A stretch of 64,000 bases of DNA, taken from contig JALMLS010000564.1 in NCBI GenBank assembly GCA_038496445.1, positions 446,755 through 510,754 of the forward strand. Reading direction: 5' to 3'. The notes beneath the pieces are model-generated. The model saw only the letters and a program-made list of their open reading frames with translations. It ran no database searches and was not told the DNA's origin. This document shows positions 57,416 to 64,000 of this stretch, in pieces (positions within the stretch are counted from its first letter, which is position 1; every line of letters starts with the position of its first letter). The translations under genes were made by a program, and so were the position numbers. The DNA comes from Trichosphaerium sp. ATCC 40318. Lineage: Eukaryota > Protista > Tubulinea.

Positions 57416-57755
57416 CAAAGAGCTAATTTTATACGCTTCGTTTTTCTAGCTCTTCGGTTGTAAAAAAAGCACTGCAGTTGGCTCACCGGAGAAAACCAAA
57501 AAAAAAATCTGTTGTGGGAGCTGCAAATACCCAAAAGCGCGAGAACTGATTCGGTCTGGCACAACCAATTGTCTGCTATTTGAGGTTGTTGGTTTTTTTT
57601 TTCTTTTTTTTTGCCCCAAAGGCCATCAATAAAAGTCAAACATCAAAAGCTTGTACCAACGCAAAAGTCACCGTATATTGGCCTGCTCGTGTTTTTCGAC
57701 TCTCGAGGAGCTAATGGAATGATATTGGTGATTATTTTTGGCATTCACAGATCAA

Positions 57756-60209
57756 ATGAGCGACCTTCCTCCTAGAAAGCGACAAAAAAGTTCAGGCGAT
57801 GATTCTCCCATCGTACCTCATGAAAACGGCACTAGCGGTGCTGAACACTTCAGCGACAGCCGCGGAGCCATACAAAATATCGTGTCTGCTCTATTAACAG
57901 TGCCACGTCATGTACGGCGTAAAGTGGCTTTTATGGTGCATTTGAATAGGTTAGAGGTGCGAATAGAGACAATTTTTGTTTTTTCACTTTTTTTTTTTTG
58001 TTTTGTTCAAGAAACAGAGTCAGTACACTCCCACGTGGGCTGCAGTTATATTCCCAAACTCGGATGATGTTTTATCATGGCGCTGTAGGGAAAAAAAAAA
58101 AGCGTGGATGTATACAACGCTGACAGTGCATGAGAAACGTAGAATAACAAAGAATGCGCTGTCAGCAATAATAGCCATCACAAAACAAAAAAACCGTCTT
58201 CTTCTTTTTTTTTTTCTTTTCTCGCGCGAATCGACAGCACCTAACGTGATTAGGATTGGTCGAAGCACCCACGGGTAATAGAAAATATTCTCAACCCTTC
58301 TTATGTTTACGGACCTCCCGTGAACTTTCTACGAGTCCTACCAAATGAAATAGTGCATGAGATTTGCTCGTATCTATCGCGTCAAGACAGGTTGAATTTT
58401 GCTAGAGGCACGTGACTATTTTTGAAGTTTAAAAGCGCGTGGTTGATTATAGCCAAATAAGAAATTTCATTTTGACGTTTTGCAAACACCCGCGCTAAAA
58501 TCCCTTTAAACCCTAATATTGATTTTTTTTTGTAGGATGTCATTCTGCATGGGACTCTGTACCAACACATAGAACATCAGCGGTTCAAATATCAAATGCT
58601 AGCAAGTTCGCACATCATATACAAAAGGGCTTGTACCCTCTCATTGAACATGTTGTCATTGCCAAGATGCCCGAATACCCACCTATGCTTTGGGGAGCGT
58701 TGAAGAAATTGAAAAGGCTAACACAAATCAAGATAACTGGTGAGTTAGTGGAGCACTGGCCAACCGTTGCTGAAGGCGTGAAAGATTTCAGATGTATGAC
58801 AGCAAAACGTCTGCGCATAAAGGCAACATATCCAGTAAGTGTCAAACTACCTATTTTGTTTTTTTCTCATATTTTTTGGAACAAGAAAGAAATTATTTTT
58901 TGTCTGTTTTTTTAACAATTTACAGTTGCACGCTGTTAGTTTTTTTTTCAATTATTTCAAAGTACTTATTCGATGAATTTTATTTAGTTGCCCCTTGGTT
59001 TGTCGAATATAAGCTTATTGGATCACTTGGATATTGAGCCATATCAATTCAAGTTTGTAGAAAAATCTAGGTTAATCCCTCTTTCTGAGTATTTGCCACA
59101 CCTTCATAAGTTCCGGACGATGGAGCATCTTTATTTACACGAAATCAGTGAAGAGAGACTAAAAATGTATGGAGCAAATTTATATACGGATTTACCGAAA
59201 TGGCAGTTGACACGGAAATGGTTTGAGATTTTGTCGCAGTTTCCGCTACTACGTGCAGTTTCAATGCGCCTAAAGCCCTCACTTTTGATGCCTGCCGCTG
59301 CAATTATCCCGTTGACAAAAGTAACGTACTTATCACTGCAAACGGTACCGAATGTGGCAGATATGCACGTAATCTCTCAGACGTTCCCAAACTTGAGGTA
59401 AGCTTTTAGGGTGGTAGAGAATAGAATGACTGTTCATTTTTTTTTTTTTACCCTTTCTACTTTTGCGCAACAGTATAAAATTTAACGCCTGTGTAGATCT
59501 CTGAAGGTAAAGGAGTTCTTGGTAGATGACGTAAAACATATAAGCATGTTAACTAGGCTTAATGCACTCTCTGTTGAGGCGTTTGTTCCTCCGATAGACT
59601 CCAACACAAAGCAAAGCAACCAAATTGCATGTGCGCTGTCACAAATAACACAACTACACATCTTCAAAGGTAAGTAACAACAATATGTGTGATTTTTTAT
59701 TTGGTTTGTGATAGCGCTTATTAACCTTTAAGGAAATCTTCCGTATTTGCCGAGTATCTCTCAATTGCGTGTATTAAATATGGTGCAAGGTGAGCTTTTC
59801 TTTTTCCTTATACCCTATTGTGCTTATTTACACCGTCCGTTTGATGCTTATTATCATTGCAGCTTTTTTTGATATAGATGAATTGCGACCTCTTACAAGA
59901 CTGACTACTTTGCGATTATCGTATCAAATGATATCCGAAATACACACATTAACGTCACTTTGCAACCTGACTGAACTAACCTTGTACCGTACCCCGCCTA
60001 AAGAGCAATCGAATGGCAAAGATCAAGCACATATTTATAATGAGGCGATAAACATTTTCTTGTCATTGACATCCCTTCGCACATTGCGAATATGTCGCTT
60101 CTCAAAGACAATTGTACGAAAGTTGCGTGTGCTAGGCTCTGCGTTTGCTGTTGAAGTGATTGAAACATCTCAACCAAGTATACGCATACGTAATGCAGTG
60201 TACTCGTAA
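57756..60209 (+). CDS. F-box / leucine-rich repeat protein
   Basis: F-box FLRVLPNEIVHEICSYLSRQDRLNF followed by LRRs (FPLLRAVSM, FPNLR, LRPLTRLTTLRLS, LCNLTELTL, LTSLRTLRI). Confidence 0.82.
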
Positions 60210-60234
60210 TAACATAAAAAAAAAATTACTACAA

Positions 60235-60640
60235 ATTAGCCCTAATTTATGTTTGCCTGACTGTTGCTCAATAACTGTAATACCTTGGTTAAACAGTAAC
60301 TGAAAGTGTAAAAGGTGGTCAAATTGTTGTGGTGATAATATTAGTTTAACAAGTAAAAATAGAAAATAACATAACCCTAACCCTAGCCCTAGGGTCCATA
60401 TAAACCTCTAAGAACATACCCTAAACCCTAAGCCTCTTCATGCAAATAATTGCAATGGTTAGTGAGAGTAAAGTAAAGTGGTAATAATCATTAGGGTTGT
60501 AAACCTAACCCTAGCCCTAATTGGGAGTCTACGAATTAACCCTAACCCTAGTCAGGAATAACAATAATTAGGATTATACCCTAGTCTCTAATTAGGTTTA
60601 GAAACTATGTGGGGTAGGGTTAAGGTTACCTAAACCTCTA
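60235..60640. repeat. Degenerate telomere-like (CCCTAA/TTAGGG) repeat patch
   Basis: TAACCCTAACCCTAGCCCTAGGG, ACCCTAAACCCTAAG, AACCTAACCCTAGCCCTAA, TAACCCTAACCCTAG and GTAGGGTTAAGGTTA are interspersed with spacers, in both orientations. Confidence 0.7.
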
Positions 60641-61149
60641 CTTTTTCGATTTTATTAGATTTTGCTACTTTCATGGCTGTGCCGCTAAGCACAGGCATGT
60701 ATTATTATGATGTGCAGCATTGAAAATGATATTCATGCACTACATGGCCCGTGAGCGACACATGAACTTTTTTTTTTGACAAATTTTGAAATATTTTTAC
60801 CATGCAGTTGCGTTTGGAGGCTGCATTTACAAATGTATTTTTAATTACTTTATGTATATATGTATATGTTATTAGGCCATATAAACATGGTACAAGCAAT
60901 AATTGATTTGTAGGTATCCATAGTGATGAGTTATATAGATGTAAGCGATTTTGAGTTTGTAATTGGCTTGTTTTTCCCAAAAAAAAAAAGTATGCACACT
61001 TCTCATATACACAAAGTTTTTAGTATATCATGTGTAGCTAAACTGTAATTTAAATTCATATCTATACATACAGTGGTAAATTTAAATCGGGGTTTTTAAG
61101 GGATTCTGTCTTAAATCCTAAGGATTTATAAGCGGAAAATCTCTTCCTT

Positions 61150-61292
61150 TATTCCTATGGAATCCGAACGAAATTCCCTATGGAATCCGAATGGAATTCC
61201 CTATGGAATTCGGATGGAATTCCTTAAAGAATCCGGACGGAATTCCTTAAGGATTAACAATGGAATTCCCAATGGATTTTTTATGAAATTCC
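61150..61292. repeat. 23-bp tandem array, left subterminal (~6 units)
   Basis: CCCTATGGAATCCGAATGGAATT / CCCTATGGAATTCGGATGGAATT / CCTTAAAGAATCCGGACGGAATT and similar units. Confidence 0.85.
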
Positions 61293-61861
61293 AAACAAAT
61301 TACCTGAAATACTTTACAATATTTACATCAAGTCTTGTAGCACAAAATTCGTTTTATTTACCAATGATAATTTAGTTACAAAACGCAAATGTTCCACACG
61401 CTATCGTGTACAGGTCAAACTCATCAAATCTTTCCAATCTTGGCCAAGAATTTTATCGCACCTGGTATCGCAATCATAAATTGCTAATAACGCATTCGTA
61501 GAAGCTAAAATAAGAAAAGAGTAGTTTTTTGATAAATTAAATGGAAATAACCTTCAAAAACAACGTACTTGAGATTAATGCCCTAAATGCGTGTCCTAGT
61601 GGTGTGTAAAGGCCTTTGAAATGTTTTACAAGCCTCAAAACGGATTAGTAAGTGATATAGAAATATCACTGCTAACGAAAATCACCAAAATACTTATCTC
61701 GCTTACTTTTTGATTAAATGTCTTTTCGTTGTATCCATTGGTTTTCTACACCAATAAAAAGGTGACGATGTGGTTTACTAAAAAAAAACTTGGTTAGGTA
61801 AGGCTTTGATAGTTGTCGAAATAATGAATAATTTTGAATTTTCACCAAAATATTTTTCAAA

Positions 61862-61980
61862 GGAATTCTCACAAAATCCATACAGAATTTCGTTAAAAAT
61901 CCCTATGGAATTCCATTAAAAATCCCAAGGGAATTCCCTACAAAATCCATACGGAATTCCGTTAAAAATCCCTTCAATTA
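61862..61980. repeat. 23-bp tandem array, right subterminal (~5 units)
   Basis: GAATTTCGTTAAAAATCCCTATG / GAATTCCATTAAAAATCCCAAGG / GAATTCCCTACAAAATCCATACG / GAATTCCGTTAAAAATCCCTTCA. Confidence 0.85.
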
Positions 61981-64000
61981 TTCCCATTGATATGCTGCCA
62001 ACATTTGCCAATATTGTTGTTTGGGATTTTTTTACAAATCCCAAGGAATTCCTTATTTTAATGGAATATAGCAGAAATCCCATCAAAAATCCAATCGAAA
62101 ATTCAGATTGCTTAGGGATTTTTTCCACAATTCCGCTAAAATCCTTAAAAAACACGGAATTTAACAGGATTCCAGAGGAAAATCCCGTTTTTAATTTACT
62201 ACTGATACATGGCAACATAATGAGATATTATTTATTTTCATATTTATTCATGACTATGAGATATACAATAATTTTAGGAATTTAATTTGAACCATGCATT
62301 ACCACATACCTTATCATATCGCTTAAGCCAATTTCGTTTTTTGTACTTTATACATTGGCATAAATTACCCGATTGCTGGTGGTTTGTAGGATTTTATAGC
62401 AGTATACGTTGATTTGGTGAGCCATTCTTTGATTTTTGGATTTTTTTTGATTTTTCCAATGGGATTTTTTTAGCAAAAAATTGAACACATCTTTGTTTGG
62501 AGGCCGCAGTTACATGATCACCTATAGTTCATTTATGCATATACATGTATGCCATTTTGCTCAAGAAATCCAATGCATTCATCTATTTTGTCATACCTAT
62601 CCATCATGAATAGTTATTAATTCATTTATATGTTTTACCTTTATAGCATATGTTTTCGAAAATAGTCACGGCCAACAACATGATAGATCGATGGCGACTG
62701 AGGATATGTAATGCTTAGCATAGCAATAATAACAGGTATACAGTTTATTTGATGGGGTGGCATATATGCGATCCAAAATCAGAAAATATAGAAATTTCCT
62801 CCATTTTTTCATTTTTTAGTGGTCGTTCACCATACCCCCTATGAATATTTACTTTAAATGTTATGCCATCTAATATACTTTATATAAGCTTATATAAAAA
62901 CAAAAAAATGATGGTTGGATTTGAAGGCTTAGAAGCATTTTGAGTTTGTGCCCTTTTTGGCCAAAAATGATGACATTGTTCGTTGATGCACCAAGCCCCC
63001 CATATATTATCTATAGTGTGCGATTCTTCATTTTCCTATTAACAAACTTCATGGCATCATCTTGTAATTTATTATATATACATAGATAATCTTGATGAAG
63101 CTACCTACAATCATACTTTATGGTAAAAAAACCAAAAAAATGCCATTTTTGCCAAAAACAACTTTGCCTCCATGATACCTCTTGATGCCATATATCTTTG
63201 TTATTGGCTACTTTCTATCCATTTGGAGATGTTTTCATGGGTGTAAAATTATATTGGCATAGAGCTTTTTATAGTGCCAATAATTTTTTTGGTGTGTGTT
63301 TATGCAATTCATCTATTTTGTTGGACTTATATCATATATTTGCAATCTATTACACATACATGATCTCAAGCATGGTGGTCGATGATTGTGAAACATGAAT
63401 ACAATAGATGTTTTTAATGCAGCGACACAGATGTTTTATTGAGAATTATAGCTTTTTTATTTTTTTTTATGGTATATATGCCTATCAAGGCCACTTATGT
63501 TAAAATAACATACATAATTGTTTTTATATTTGATTATTAGATATATAACATACCTTTATAAAAGAATATATCATCTTAGTGCTAAAATAAAGGTTTTTTC
63601 TCAATGTCAACATGCAAAAATGCTATTTGTACTAAAAATGATGTAAATAACAGTTTTTAATATCATCTATGTTATCATACAATATATTTTTATAAAGTAT
63701 TATATTGTAGCTAATAGAAATAACAATGATTTGGTTCTAAATGATCATGGTATTTAGTAGTGATAGCAAATAAATATTTTTTTCATTTTTTATAGTTTTA
63801 TCCATTAGGGTTGCCTTGAATACTGCCATGTATATCATCATACATGTAGCGCTTGATGTATCTTATGTCAATATGCCTTAATTTATTGTGTATAAAGTAT
63901 GAGCATATATATTACCTTGGTGTATAGTTATGAGGTGTTTTTGTAAAAGTACTAAGTTTTAATATTATTAAGTGTTTTTTCGCTTAATGAGCAAGACTTG

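Larger units (their letters stand above)
61071..62204. mobile_element. Non-autonomous DNA transposon (1134 bp) with TIRs, subterminal 23-bp arrays and a 3-bp ATA target-site duplication
   Basis: Left end CAGTGGTAAATTTAAATCGGG matches the reverse complement of the right end, CAGTAGTAAATTAAAAACGGG, at 18/21 nt. ATA flanks both sides. GGAATTCC-rich 23-bp units lie near both ends. Confidence 0.78.

Noticed and set aside
60235-60640. A true chromosome end
   Set aside because: The repeats are degenerate, interrupted and in mixed orientation, and more than 3 kb of other sequence follows them.
61150-61980. GGAATTCC-rich repeats as a CRISPR array
   Set aside because: Units are directly tandem with no unique spacers, there are no cas genes and the context is eukaryotic. 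They are better explained as transposon subterminal repeats.
61157-62285. ORFs 61157-61375, 61916-62218 and 61992-62285
   Set aside because: They are by-products of the 23-bp arrays and have no protein-like features.

Overview
Eukaryotic, very gene-dense and intron-rich genomic DNA in the standard code, with about 25 protein genes. Most are split by many 40-70 nt spliceosomal introns, so the ORF track shows only fragments. A CudA-like transcription factor and a Dictyostelium-type WASP CRIB/VCA module suggest an amoebozoan (inference). Genes recognised by manual splicing: intronless Ser/Thr kinase, two F-box genes, V-ATPase subunit e, an SH3-C2-CRIB-VCA WASP-like protein, TMEM147, an ABCD4-like transporter, a CUB/EGF membrane protein, SAP30-like, RasGEF-CRIB, VPS50, a Rab32/29-like GTPase, FAHD2- and FAHD1-like hydrolases, transaldolase, ARM-BTB, a 2OG-Fe(II) oxygenase, CudA-like, SPOC-like, NCA2, TBCD, a PPR-like protein and an EH-domain protein. 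Main highlights: (1) two paralogous genes, nearly invisible in the ORF track, built from a ~70-aa Trp-rich repeat with basic presequence-like N-termini; one ends in a RAP/DUF559-like PD-(D/E)xK nuclease domain, making a candidate repeat-guided organellar nucleic-acid processing system. (2) Two U12-type introns in VPS50 share an atypical GTATCCTACCTT donor. (3) GC-AG introns and AAG/GAG acceptors recur. (4) The AT-rich, gene-free last 3.8 kb holds degenerate telomere-like repeats and a 1134-bp non-autonomous DNA transposon with TIRs, 23-bp subterminal arrays and a 3-bp TSD. All exon boundaries were inferred by eye and no database searches were run.
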